Shown in pieces: positions 15,819 to 27,428 of a stretch of DNA of 64,000 bases. Source of the stretch: Eledone cirrhosa (taxonomy: Eukaryota); the NCBI GenBank assembly GCA_964016885.1, contig OZ024741.1, forward strand, positions 136,648,001 through 136,712,000, read 5' to 3'. Each line of letters begins with the position of its first letter. Positions within the stretch are counted from its first letter, which is position 1. The notes beneath the pieces were generated by a model. That model saw nothing but the letters and a program-made list of their open reading frames with translations. It did no database searches and had not been told where the DNA came from. Position numbers and translations under genes: made by a program.

Positions 15819-18800
15819 GTTATATAGTATGGTGTATTATTGGTTGTGTCATACAGTCCAATAAACTTTTGTTAGCAATATTAAGTTCTCCACGCTTTTG
15901 TATATCTCCAGTTCCATTTATGGGAACAAAATAAAGATTCGAAGGCATGGTATAAATTTTCAATCATTTTAATCACGACACATGTTTCAATAAGAGATAG
16001 ATCGATCATGTGGTCATGGTCGATTATCACTGATCTCATCAGGTGAATAATGAATTGTCTTCAAATCTTTGATATGAGGGAGGAAAAACTAACGATGTTC
16101 ACTCACTAGAGTTCTGTTCCCCATATGAAGATTCAGCAGCCAAAACACACCAACTGCTATCGTTCTTCAGTCAGGGTCATAAATCTATCAAGTCTCTATC
16201 TCTCAATAGCTGTAAAAGACGCTGGACAGGTCTAATCTCAACATCAAATCTGTAGAATTTTGGTTGGTCACAATTAGTGTGAGTGAGTACACACACACCG
16301 ATGCGAGGTCAAAGAAAAAATATATATACCAACATAGTATGCACCGAAAGTTAGGTTACAAAACAACAAATGTTATATTGGTCAAATCTCAATTTTAACA
16401 ATGTAAATTAGAAAAATTGGGTCAACCTAACTTTCAGTGCATACTATATTTTTTCTCTGACCTTGCGTCGGTGTGTGTGAGTGTGTGTGTACTCACTCAC
16501 ACTAATTGTGACCGACCGAAATTCTACAGATTTGATGTTGAGATTAGACCTGTCCAGCGTCTTTTACAGCTATTGAGAGATAGAGACTTGATAGATTTAT
16601 GACCCTGACTGAAGACGATAGCAGTTGGCGTGTTTTGGCTGCTGAATCTTCATATGGGAACAGAACTTGAGTGAGTGAACATCGTTAGTTTTTCCTCCCT
16701 CATATCAAAGATATGAGTGTAACATTATTCACCTGATGAGATCAGTGATAATCGATCATGACCACACGATCTATCTCTTATTGAAACGTGTGTCGTGATT
16801 AAAATGATTGGAAATTTATACCATGCTTTCGGATCTTTATTTTAATATATATATATATATACCTTGTATCATTGATGCCAGGTGTGTCAATATTTCCAGG
16901 AAGTGTAGGCAAGAATGCACTGAGTTCTTCTTTCACTTTCTTTGTAAAAAACTTGTTGTAGGAATTTCCAAGTCCATAGTATGACATAAGGTTGGTGTAT
17001 CCTGTCATTTCTGCTTGTTCTGATATCAGGGAAAATGTAAAATATAATATAATATAAGGACATTTCATTTTTTCAATGACAAAGTGATTAAAATTTTATT
17101 CACGAAAATGGAAATACATAAAACAATAGTAAGAAAAAAAGATTATATAGCAAAAGTAACTGGAGGGAGTGGTAGTCTAAGTGGTATGTCTCAGCTGCAC
17201 CATACAGACAAAATGGCAATGGCATTGCCACAGAGAACAGCCAGCATCACCTGCTGCATCAGCCACTCCACCTCATGATGCGCTTTCTCAGGTGAGATGC
17301 ACTTCTCGATATTGCAGAGGAAAACAGCAGTTCAGGGACCAAGGACACCCGAGATCTCGACAACAACCAGCATGAAAAGGAAACAGTTGGTCATACCCCC
17401 CACAAAGATCACATTAGTTTACAAATTTATATCACTTCAATTATTTATTGCTACTTTATTGACATTAACATTTTCATGATCATATTTCTAATTATTAAGC
17501 TATATTCTAATTTATTAAGCTATAAGTGTAACATAACTTAATGAAAGGTTCTTATATATAATTATGCTGGAAGGTTTTAACCCTTTAATGTTCAAACCGG
17601 CCAGAATTCTCTACCTCTTTCTGTTGAAACTGGCTGTAACTGGTCGCTCAAACTGATGTTAAGGTATTGTTCTCAAAATAAATACTTTCAAAATCTCATA
17701 GATTCGATATTATGTGAGATAATTATGTGAGGTAAAGCTTTTACCATGAAAATATAATAGTATATATATAGAGTAATCATCATCATCATTTTACGTCCGC
17801 TTTTCCCTGCTTGCAAGGGTGGGACGGGTCTTATTCAGCACAGCATCTCTCCACTTGTCACGGTCCTTCGTCATCTCCACCGTGAGCTTCAATGATCTGA
17901 GGTCTGTTCTCACCACCTCCGCCCATGTTTTTCGTGGTCTACCTCTACCACGTCTTCCTTCAACTGGCATTTCCTGGCACTTCTTCACCCATCGGTCATC
18001 CTCCATGCGCATCACATGTCCATACCACCTCAGTCTCCTCTCCCGTACACTACACAGTAATGTGAATGCTAAAGGGTTAATCTAAATATGAACCCTTTAA
18101 AATGGTTGATTTTGTTTCATAGAACCTGAGGTAATTTGGAGCTGCGTTGATATCATAAGGGTTAATATATACAATCACTATTTTTAATGATGAGTTATAG
18201 TCCTTTACGCTCTGAGTTCAAATCCTGCCAAGGTTACCTTTGCCTTTCATTTTATGGGGTCGATAAAAAAAAAAGCAACAGTAACGTACTGGGGTCAATT
18301 TAATCGACTTTCTCCTCCCCAAAAATTGTTGGTCAGGGGCCTAAAACAAAAATGGCTACTTTTTATCATCATTCAACATCCGTTTTCCCTGCTAGCCCAG
18401 TACTTAATTGAAGCTGCTGACTTCTCAAACAGGCCAGAAGGTCAGTAACTCCAAGTAAGAAGTCTTGTCTGAAACAACCCAGTTATCTAGCACATGTATA
18501 GGCCAGCAAGTTCTTTATGGAAATTTTGACACATCACTGACACTAGGTATGAACAAAAATAAATATATCAGTATACAGAATATAGAATAAATAAGCAACA
18601 AACACTAATTAAATGTAAATAAGAAACCTGTATAAGCATCTTGTATATTACTGTCTCCAATCCAATCCAGAGCCTTCTCACTCCTGTTGGAGGAACCCCA
18701 CCATCCAGTTGACCTCCACTGCTTTCTTCAGTTGTATAAGTCATACTGGCCAATTGCATGTTGGTAAGACTATTTAACCCATAGCTGGGATGGATGGCTG

Positions 18801-19868
18801 TTGACTTTTAATAGCTCGTTTTGTGGTGGGGTTGTTTTGTGCTGCTGGATTCCCACTTACCCGCGGTAATTTTTCTAGGTTGTCTCCTCAATGTTCAATT
18901 GACACCATGGGTAGTCTCAGTGACCCTTTAGGAGATCCCTGATCTATATAGCTCTATATAATCAGTTTGAGTTAGGGAGTAAAGAAAACTTAGTTGGTAG
19001 CACCATGGGGAAAAATGGTAAAGAAAACTCGGAGGGGGGAACCAAAGGATTCCTCCACCTTCCCTTTTCCGGGGAAAAAAGTCCTTTACAGCATATTAGG
19101 AGGTAAGTTTAATTGATAGCCAGTGCCGGATTTAGGACAAATAAGGTCCCATACTAGGGCCCTGAAGGAGGTAGGCCAGGTATGCCTACACAGGAAGATG
19201 CCCCCCGGCCAACTGTGCACTGTGCTTAAGCACACCTAATCACGATGGTAAACCAGGCACTGTTGATAGCACATGAAAAACAAAAACGAAGAAAAAAAGT
19301 GATTTCCAACTGAAATCTATTCGGTGGGGGGGGTGTCTTTTTATAATAATACCTATATGTTGTATAAGACGCATGGGAATGTATAATATTATATAAAGAA
19401 TATATTGTAAGAAGTGTGATAGCAGCCAAAGTGTATGTAACTGAAGCTGCACTGATAACATTACATCTGTATAAATAGTGTGCAAGTCTCGGTTATACTG
19501 TATAAGTTTATCATAGAATATATTGTATAAGGCACATGGAAATGTATAATTATATAAAGAAAATATTGTTAAAAAAAATATGGAAATTAATAATATGATT
19601 ATATAAATGATAAGTTGTAAACGACACGTGGAAATGTTTTTTTTTAATTACGCTTTAAAGAAAATATTTAAGATTCCTTACCAGGTACATCTTTCATGAG
19701 GTAAAATGGTCCGGAATGAATGACAGACGGTACCTTTCCTAAACTAATAGTTGTCTTCAAGGTGCCTGTGGAATCTGTGCGAGGTTGTGCAGGTGATCTG
19801 GAGCCTCTTGGACTAGATTTAGGACTGGATATTGCAGGCTCCACCCTGCGAAGTTGGTCTGCCATCAT
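116..19868 (-). CDS. MED19: Mediator of RNA polymerase II transcription subunit 19, 6 coding exons (19682-19868, 16863-17019, 12402-12501, 10864-10972, 4796-4893, 116-172), about 235 aa
   Basis: Exons join in frame through GT-AG introns (phases 1,2,0,1,0; 708 nt including stop). The product has the MED19 motifs GPFYLMK, TGYTNLMSYYGL, KKVKEELSAFLP, SSLRSVIEKPP, LAGFRLHPGPLPEQYR, a Lys-rich tail and KHSPEHP. Confidence 0.95.
1240..3030 (-). mobile_element. Internally deleted CR1-like LINE: PHD-finger ORF1 remnant (2533-3021) plus degenerate RT (1250-2340)
   Basis: NYRPVSLTS, VVYLDFA, GVPQGSVLGPLLF, YADD; Cys-rich WVECGKC...FQCLAC upstream; lies in MED19 intron 5. Confidence 0.85.
4796..4893 (-). 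CDS. MED19: MED19 coding exon 5 (GENSSDTGHDKKKKVKRTEEEKEKKKRKKKKKK)
   Basis: Acceptor gtcttcaag|; donor AAG|gtaaga; Lys-rich C-terminal tract typical of MED19. Confidence 0.9.
5604..6535 (-). mobile_element. 5'-truncated CR1-like LINE (3' end), same family as the 1240-2340 copy
   Basis: ERDLSITVS, TRGHAHK, FFTLRVAEAWNKL; nucleotide similarity to 1250-1770. Confidence 0.85.
8515..8552 (-). ncRNA. Truncated hammerhead motif in MED19 intron 4
   Basis: CTGATGA-tttcttatgaat-GAAAC-agttcta-GTC; 5' stem I replaced by (TA)n; same family as 44911-45065. Confidence 0.5.
8560..9140 (-). mobile_element. Degenerate RTE-like LINE fragments with internal duplications
   Basis: ARVRCAWKKF and ARVRYTWKKFQEL motifs. 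Confidence 0.6.
9150..10391 (+). mobile_element. 5'-truncated RTE-clade LINE with (GAT)n tail
   Basis: CSVCRKGVGRNSILCPKCKVWVHKRC, ARVRTEWKKFREL, LHGSETW, RLRWYGHV, GRPRKTW; (gat)n at 10372-10391. Confidence 0.85.
10864..10972 (-). CDS. MED19: MED19 coding exon 4 (LPEQYRFLNQTPQKKKHKHKKSKKEGGKDGNSQEIQ)
   Basis: Not in the ORF track; read by hand. Acceptor tgttgcag|; donor CAAG|gtaaga; phases match the neighbouring exons. Confidence 0.92.
11720..11957. mobile_element. TTAA-flanked CCC...GGG MITE (piggyBac-like ends); relatives near 880-1129, 3040-3486 and 17578-18166
   Basis: ttaa|ccctttat...aaaggg|ttaa termini; shared internal sequence among copies. Confidence 0.55.
12402..12501 (-). CDS. 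MED19: MED19 coding exon 3 (SSLRSVIEKPP...GFRLHPGP)
   Basis: Acceptor tctttacag|; donor CCG|gtaaat; conserved motif. Confidence 0.93.
12926..13240. mobile_element. hAT (Charlie-like) MITE inserted in a ~32-bp minisatellite
   Basis: TIRs cagtgcttctcaaa / tttgagtagcactg; exact 8-bp TSD GTATAGAG at 12918-25 and 13241-48. Confidence 0.85.
13520..14520 (+). mobile_element. Degenerate HERO/R2-like non-LTR retrotransposon 3' end (restriction-like endonuclease)
   Basis: LRSEIILVSKATRQQLILVELTIAWK...EAQEWMREKY resembles the RPD...VELTVPWE...KY REL motif. Confidence 0.7.
15973..16046 (-). ncRNA. Type I hammerhead ribozyme motif, sense to the MED19 pre-mRNA
   Basis: tcac-CTGATGA-long stem II-GAAAC-atgt-GTC-gtga; palindromic stem III (ACATGT). 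Confidence 0.75.
16729..16798 (+). ncRNA. Type I hammerhead ribozyme motif (mirror copy)
   Basis: tcac-CTGATGA-...-GAAAC-gtgt-GTC-gtga. Confidence 0.7.
16863..17019 (-). CDS. MED19: MED19 coding exon 2 (EQAEMTGYTNLM...PGINDT)
   Basis: Acceptor ttccctgatatcag|; donor ACAAG|gtatat; conserved KKVKEELSAFLP. Confidence 0.93.
17776..18060 (-). mobile_element. RTE-clade LINE 3' end with (GAT)n tail
   Basis: MMRMEDDRWVKKC...GRGRPRKTW. Confidence 0.8.
19121..19262. mobile_element. Small hAT MITE in MED19 intron 1
   Basis: TIRs cagtgccggattta / taaaccaggcactg; exact 8-bp TSD TTGATAGC. Confidence 0.8.
19682..19868 (-). CDS. MED19: MED19 coding exon 1 (MMADQLRR...GPFYLMKDVP)
   Basis: ATG ATG at 19868/19865; donor CCTG|gtaagg at 19681; inside ORF 19668..19895. 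Confidence 0.92.
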
Positions 19869-19949
19869 TATTGTTGTAAAACAAACTAATTTCACACAGT
19901 TGAATGATAGTTTAAATATTCGATCGGATATATAAAAACAAATATAATT

Positions 19950-20200
19950 AATGTGTCGTTAACGTGAAACCGACATTCTTTGATTGTTCTATATTTATAT
20001 AAAACAATGAAAAAAAAACCCGGTTCACAACTTCAAAAGTAAATATATTATTTAGACATAGACATTGATGGAAATCAAATCAACAAAGATTTATAATTTA
20101 TATCACGTGACATTGTGACGTAAACGGTCTTAACGAAAAATAGTTTTCTGTTTGAAACAAATACCGGCATATTGGTTAACATTTCGTGAAAACTTAACAA
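19950..20200. promoter_or_regulatory. Putative MED19 (possibly bidirectional) promoter with E-box and CRE-like motifs
   Basis: Repeat-free sequence upstream of the ATG; palindromic TCACGTGA at 20103-20110 and TGACGTAA at 20116-20123. Confidence 0.5.
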
Positions 20201-20932
20201 AAAAGAGATTATTTATAGTTTAATCGGTGTTAATATATTTAGTGCTGCGTGCAACAAAAGGTTACCTAGAAATATATACGTGATGAGGAATAGAAAACAA
20301 ATTAAAACTGTATTGACTAATAAATACTCTTTCGATGATTTTGGTAAGTATGGGAGACAACTCCGGTCAATTACGTTTGAGTTGATATTTTTAATGCAGC
20401 AGGAAATAGCAGAAGAATTCTGATGTGAATTGAGGGAGATTTTGCTACTAAGTCGAGAGACTTTGTAAAGGAAAATAGCAGAAAAGAATACTTGGGTGGG
20501 ATGTAAAGGAGATTTGACTGCTATGTATATCGAAAGGCCATATAGATCCTTAAAGGCAAAATAAAAAAAATAAAAATTGGGGGAAAAGTTTTTTACAGAA
20601 TCATTTCATTTGTTTAAAATATATAAAACATATATTTTCGAAAAATAAAAATCAATTCCTATGACCTAACATGGGACGCACTACATGGTCTCTCTATATA
20701 CTAGAAACAGCAGCCAAATCTCCCTCACATTACCATCTCTGCTACTTCCCTCTACGTAGACACTTGCCATACAAGCAATAAAACTCAGCTTTCTCTATCT
20801 CTCACTTTCTCTACCCCGTTCTTCCTCTCTCATACACTATATATATATATTAAGTGATTCCGTAGGAAAGGTAAAGGAAAGGAGAGTGCTCTATGTAGGT
20901 TACAGAGCTATTTAGTTATGTAATAAACAACA

Positions 20933-21005
20933 TTCCATTTACCAAAGGTTTCACGAAGACAGACGAGCTCAACACAGACGTCTGAAATCGTTCATCAGAA
21001 TGAAA
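20933..21005 (-). ncRNA. Type I hammerhead ribozyme motif
   Basis: tttcatt-CTGATGA-acga...tcgt-GAAAC-ctttg-GTA-aatggaa; all three stems pair. Confidence 0.75.
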
Positions 21006-21729
21006 TTTATTTGAAGAGGAAGTGAGATATGGAATTCGTTATCGAGTATGGCCATTGCACGATATACCATTATTAATAATTATTAATTAAATCTATCGTG
21101 CAATGCCTGTGCGTGAAGATATTTTTTAAAGTGAGAAAGGAATGTGCACTGAGCCAATCCCACTCTCTGAGCGACAGTAGCTATAACCCGAAAAGAAGGT
21201 TTTATATCGGAGTTATCCCAGTTTCCTGAGTTGCCTTCTCCTAGAAGAATGTCCTGACAAAGGCTAGGGATCCTTCACTCCCAGTGGTTTAACCACGCGA
21301 TCGGGTGTCCAGCCCGACTATTTCTATGTCCCCCGCACATATACTTACACATGCACCCATGTATATACACATATACATACATATGTACGTGTGTATATAC
21401 ATATTTACACACTTTTGGATGGCCGTTGACTCTTATGAGTTCTTCCGCCCTTTGTCAGGTTTTGTTTTTTGTCCTGCAGAATGTCCAAAATAGTCGCCGA
21501 CGACCCGACCATGCGACAGGTTGTACTGGGTTACATGTTACCAGTAGCACTCAAGAGTCACCCGACATATATATACATACATATATACATATATATGCAG
21601 AAGTTATATTTAATTTGTTGGGATTCCAACAAGCTTAAAAGTTTATAACTGATATAAAGCACTCAACAATTTAATGGAGTAAATATTCAATATTAATAAA
21701 TGGAAACTATATTTATCAAACTATAATTA

Positions 21730-21790
21730 TTTTATTATATATATTTCAAGGGTAACCAAGGCAGTCTTGGTGCGATTTCATCAGATAAAA
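21730..21790 (-). ncRNA. Type I hammerhead ribozyme motif
   Basis: ttttat-CTGATGA-...ccaag actgc cttgg...-GAAA-tatata-TA-ataaaa. Confidence 0.6.
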
Positions 21791-21974
21791 TACAAGATTT
21801 GTTTTATAAATATTGACATAACCGTGGAAAACATATAATATTATTCTTTTCTCTTTTTCTTTTTTCTCTCTTCTTTTTCTCTCTCTTCTTCCAACAGTAT
21901 AATTTAAATAAACGTTTTTTTTTTCAATTTTTTATTGAGGGTAATTCAAAGTTCTGTGTGAGTATGCAAATAAA

Positions 21975-24255
21975 TGTCCGAAAAACTTCCCGACCGGCCA
22001 CAAGTACTATAGCTTTATCAATAAAAATACAATTAAAATATCGTACTCCACCACACCTAACATAGCATACCATATAGCTAGGAGTAATAAAAGGAAGATT
22101 AATAGCTATTTCCAACTAATTAAAACACAACAGGAGGGAAACTTAATACCTGTAAACAATGGTAGTAATAATGGTAATAATGAAAATAGCACTAATGAAA
22201 TCAATAACAATACGAATGATAGGCATCATTACCCTAGTGCTACCACTAGCAACCAGAATTCCTCACAACATAGGAACCGGCAAGCTAACACCCAGAATAA
22301 ATGTAACTGTAGAACTAATATAACTTGCCCCTTAGGTAATAATTGCTTAACCAAAGACATCATCTACGTTAATGCAAACAACTCTTCTAAAACATATATA
22401 GGTTCTACTTCGAACAACTTCAAGACGAGATACAACTCGCACCTCTACTCTTTCAAAAAACTCAACTTAGCCAGCTCCATTTCTTTATCTAGCTACATAC
22501 AATCTCTGAAAACTAGGAATAGACCATTTACACTGCAATGGGAAGTAGTAGGTAGGGCCTCATCGTATAAACCACCGAATAAATTGTGTAATCTCTGCCT
22601 TCTGGAGACCCATACTATAATCTTTTCGAAACTAGACCTCCTTAATAGAAAGTCAGAGACATTTTCCTCGTGCCAACACCGGTACCGACACTCGTTCTAT
22701 AACTTTAAACCTAACTGTTAGTATACAACAATGTCAGATTTGAATCCCCCACCACCATTAACACTACACATCTAGGACTTAGCAACAACCACAACCACAA
22801 ACCCCTCGACCAACTCTTTCCGCTACACAACTCCTTTTCATCTATAACCTTATGCTCCTCAATAACAGTTAGAATTAGACATAGAGTTGCCACCTTGTGA
22901 TATAACTACAATAGACTAATTATATCATATGCAGTAATGGATATTTGGCATTTGGTATGTAGAGACATTTAATGAAATGCGTGATAATGGACTATATGTG
23001 CATTTATTGTGTGAGTGAATGATTAAATTACACAATATAATATATACACTTATAATTAGATATAAAATGTAATAGCATTCTATGTTAGGGATGATGTCAT
23101 TGCACATGTAGTATATCTGTTATGACATATTAACAGCTGTATGATCCTTCAGGACATATACCTTGTCCAGTAATGAATAGATAACAATCTAAAGAAACCT
23201 TTAATGTATGATAGTAGAATACACTATATTTTAAAATCAGGCATAAATATACAGGGTTAAGTGACAGAGATCCAATGGTATCACATTATATTGTGTATTA
23301 GAACATAGAATTTTAATAACTGAATTGAATAGTTACCTCCCCTTATTCACTTCCGGAAATTAACGATTGAAAATTTAACGGTGGATCAAATATATTCTAT
23401 GAATATGAGTTCATTAAGACTAATTTACAATCCATTGCTCTAACTAACTTAAAACACTCAATATAAACACCGACTAAAGTTTATTTCAACATATGTCATG
23501 GAAAAGTCTGCAAAAACTATGTTTCTCAACACACATTAATTCGAACACTATCAGCATACAGCACCTACCATAGATTCTAATACATTAACATATTTGCTTT
23601 AACTGCGTATTTATTCATCTACTTATTCATCTATATGTGCATAATAGCTTTGCTTGTCTCCCTCTCATGTATATGACTCACGCAGTCACAATATCCACAT
23701 GCCTGCATATGAATTGTTATCGCACTCTTCCTTTCTCAAAACTGCTTCCCCAATGCCTCTTTAATATTTGGACTGTTCCCTTGTTTTAACTGTTGCATGT
23801 ATTCTACTCCGTGCTTTTGATTTTGATTTTGATTTTAATTTAATTTTGATTTTAATTTTGAATTTGAACTTGAATGTTTGTACAATTATTGTACAATTCT
23901 CGTGAAATATATGTCACATCCATTCCACCCTTTAAATACGAAACTGTTGCTCACAACATCAATTTATATGTATCTATATTATTGTTCAGTTGAATAGGAG
24001 GTTAATTATATGTGCAAACATTGATAAGGCTCCGATGACCCCAAACGAGAGTTTGGAAGAAATGATTGTCAGCTATTAAATTATTTGAACACAACTTCGA
24101 TAATTGTATAACTTATTGATTTAACTGCTCTGTAAAACAACTGATGTTCATACATTGAGCTATTTCCCTTACTGGTAATAAGGTTATTAAGAAATTACTG
24201 ACCTTCCTGTTTGTGGTTGTTTATGCTATATACATAACTACAAATAGTATTATTA
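21975..24255 (+). mobile_element. 5'-truncated Penelope-like element (GIY-YIG endonuclease, long 3' UTR, HHR)
   Basis: HKYYSFINKNTIKISYSTTPN, CNCR..CPLGNNCL, YIGSTSNNFKTRY, CNLCLLE read on the + strand; ends in (TA)n. Confidence 0.8.
24028..24074 (+). ncRNA. Hammerhead motif in PLE 3' UTR (CCGATGA variant)
   Basis: ggct-CCGATGA-cc ccaaac gaga gtttgg aa-GAAA-tgattg-TC-agct. Confidence 0.6.
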
Positions 24256-24262
24256 TTATTTT

Positions 24263-24299
<37 letters not shown>

Positions 24300-24393
24300 A
24301 TATATATATGTATATATGTATGTATGTATATATATGTCGGGTCACTATATATACATATATACATGTATATATATGTCGGGTCACTATATATAT

Positions 24394-24486
<93 letters not shown>

Positions 24487-24798
24487 TAAACGGAAAAGAA
24501 AATGCTGACAAATTGTTCACAGTGAAAAATAGTTTAATTAGGAATAAGTGAAAATTAGTAATAGTATTGGTTAGTATTCAGTTTTAGTTTTAAGTTTTAC
24601 CGGTTGCGCATTTCTAATGCTTTTCAAAAATAATTTTGAGATAGAGCGTCCGTGATGTTTGCTCTAATCTATATATCTCTAATATATATATAAGTATTGA
24701 AGTTTCTGTTGAAAATTGAAAAGGTCACAGGAGTGAAGAGTGCTCTATGTAAGTACCAGAGCAAAATTAAATGTATAATAAACAATACAATATAATTA

Positions 24799-24866
24799 CC
24801 TCATTACCAGAGGTTTCCCGAATAAGACGAATACGAAAAACGTCCTCATTCGTTCATCGGACAAGG
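24799..24866 (-). ncRNA. Hammerhead motif (CCGATGA variant), same family as 20933-21005
   Basis: ccttgt-CCGATGA-acgaatgaggacg...cgtcttattcgg-GAAAC-ctctg-GTA-atgagg. Confidence 0.6.
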
Positions 24867-25149
24867 CAATTTAAAACATAGTGAAATATTTGAAAAGTCT
24901 CCTCAAGAAAGGCAAGAGTTTAACGGGCAAAAAATATATAAATAAAAGTAATGCAAGAGATATATAAAAAAATAAGGAAATATAGTTAGGGTATGTGTAT
25001 ATGTATGTATATACACTCACAAATGTACATATGTGTGTATGTACAAATGCATGTGTATGATGAAAATGTGTGCGTAAGTACATATATGAGGGCAAGTATA
25101 TCTGTGTATATGTGACCACAAATACGTATATAATATGAGTTGAAAAAGA

Positions 25150-27010
25150 AATTGTAAATAACTTCTCCAATCCAATTCCTCCTATAGATAACACTAGGTC
25201 ACTTGTTAATAACTCTGTTAATTTCTCTAATCGCAATTGTAATTGCCCTGTTAAAAATAAATGTCCTCTCAACAACCATTGTCTTGAAAAAAAACTTAAT
25301 TTATGAATGTAAAGTTATAACTGACACCAATTCCTTTACCTATTTTGGCTCCACTTCCACCTCCTTTAAAGCTCGTCTTTATAATCATCATTCGTCTTTT
25401 AAATACCATCTTAAAAGAACCAACACGGCACTCTCAGAACTCATATGGTCCTTGAAAGACAAACATATTAACTATAACATCTCTTGGAGGAAGATTTGTT
25501 CTGCTTCTCCATACTTGAATGTCTCTCTATCCAAAACATGTAATCTCTGTTTATGTGAGAAATTTACCATTATATCTAACTTAGATTCTATAATAAATAG
25601 ACGCACTGACTTGTTTTCTCTCTGCTTGCATAAATTCCACAGAACATTCCATAAAGTATACAGCTAATATCTAATACTTTACCAATTTAAAATCCTTTTT
25701 CTCAAAGGCACATATATATATATATATTTCTTTAAAAATATACCTATCTTTCTACCTTATTTCAATGTTATTTATTATACATTATATAATACTAGTTACT
25801 CATTCTATATCATTCCTATTTATCACTTCCCTTTCTTCCTTTTTTCCTTTTTTCTTTTAATTTCTAACCTCTAATCTGTACCTTTTCTTCCTAGATACTT
25901 CTCAATTCTCATTATTACTCACCACAATATATCCACTCTTCCTTCTTCCATCCTATCACTGGCCATAAAACTTACTATTACCCTTTTAAATACTTTATAG
26001 TATCACCTTGAAAAATCCTTCGTAAACATAAACATTTTTTTTTTAGGTTAGATTATTCATCCTCAATTCATTATTTTTTTCTCCCTTTCATGCTCGCCTA
26101 ACTTACACATCACAACACATAAAAACAAACTTAAACCCTAACTAATCTCCTTTATTACATTATATTATTACCATTAGGAAATACTTCATAAACATACATA
26201 TTTTGATGTTAAGGTCTTCTCCTTAAACACTATCTCCTTCTTTGCTTTCTGCGCTCATTTGTAAACAAACTATTTACATATATTACACATACATATTACA
26301 TTACATAATAAACTTAAATACTAACTAATTCCTCTAAATTCATATTTCATCCACTCTTCTACTTCTTTTCACAATATATCCTTAATTACATTACTATTTT
26401 TATCTTTTTTTATTAATACATATCAACAATTTCTTTCCATCGCACATATTATTAAACCCTTCAATATTCAAACCTTAACTTAATATTATTCTTAATACAT
26501 ATTTACAATTTCTTTTCATCGCACATATTATTAAACCCTTCAATATAAAAACCTTAATTTAACATTATTCTTAAATTTTTCTCTTCGTTAATTTTCAAAT
26601 TCCTTTAATTTATATATTATCTTCCAACGGTTTTTTAACCTCTCTCTGTAAAACAATATATTTTTCTCAGTTATAAAAGCTATCTCTCTCTCTCTATCAC
26701 CCATCTCTCCTCCTATCTCATCCTTCCTTATTATACTCCTCTCCCTCCATTCTTTACTCTCATCTCCTCCTCTTTTTCATCCTTTCCACCCCCAGCCCTC
26801 AATTTTTTTCCCAATATCACACATCAATCTAAAACTACTTTTCATATGTTGATTTAAAACTGCACTATTCACAAGTGTTTTTCAACCTTCATATCATGTC
26901 TCCTATTTTATCTGACGAAAACGCAAATGTCATTGCATGATGATATTTGTTTTTGAAATGCGCATAATAAAATACATGGAACTCTTTTAACCATCTTTTT
27001 ATCTTATATA
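25150..27010 (+). mobile_element. 5'-truncated Penelope-like element (GIY-YIG domain, long 3' UTR, HHR)
   Basis: ORF 25203..25667: LIYECKV..YFGSTSTSFKARLYNH..CNLCLCEK; ends in (TA)n. Confidence 0.85.
26904..26974 (+). ncRNA. Type I hammerhead ribozyme motif in PLE 3' end
   Basis: tattttat-CTGACGA-stem II-GAAA-tgcgca-TA-ataaaata; perfect 8-bp stem I and palindromic stem III. Confidence 0.85.
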
Positions 27011-27011
27011 T

Positions 27012-27084
<73 letters not shown>

Positions 27085-27088
<4 letters not shown>

Positions 27089-27420
27089 ATTAAACATACG
27101 GTATATTGCCAAATATACTATACATACATTCATGTATACATCGCTATGGCAGAGCACCAATCCTAATACCTAATTTTTGCTGGACCGGCAATCGCTCTGT
27201 ATAATCAGCTCCTGATTATTACTGGAATTCTATAAGAACCCAGCTTCTATAATTTTTGGCGGAAGAGGGAGTACGTGGCTCTGATGATCGCCAAACAGCG
27301 TGAAACAGACTGTTAGCTTCTCTCCGTTCTTTCGCCGAAAAGAAGTAAGTGACACAGTCACTACTTTATAACCGATAACTTATGGCCTTCAAAATATTTT
27401 TAATTAAACATACGGTATAT
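27085..27420 (+). mobile_element. ~314-bp non-coding HHR-bearing unit with terminal redundancy (retrozyme-like), between (TA)n tracts
   Basis: taattaaacatacggtatat repeated at 27087 and 27401; HHR in the middle. Confidence 0.65.
27277..27318 (+). ncRNA. Minimal type I hammerhead motif
   Basis: ggct-CTGATGA-tcgc caaaca gcgt-GAAAC-agact-GTT-agct. Confidence 0.75.
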
Positions 27421-27428
27421 ATATATAT

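Larger units (their letters stand above)
15815..16845. repeat. Fold-back non-coding element: ~430-bp inverted arms (15930-16357 / 16423-16843), one hammerhead per arm, flanked by (TA)n
   Basis: Arms are reverse complements with scattered mismatches; short spacer; lies in MED19 intron 2. Confidence 0.9.

Noticed and set aside
16607-16660. Second CTGAAGA motif in the fold-back element as another hammerhead
   Set aside because: GAAA is replaced by GAAT and stems I and III are not convincing.
24213-24551. Many ORFs of YI, CV, TH or RE repeats here and at 33-34, 43, 47, 54 and 59-60 kb
   Set aside because: Translations of dinucleotide microsatellites, not genes.
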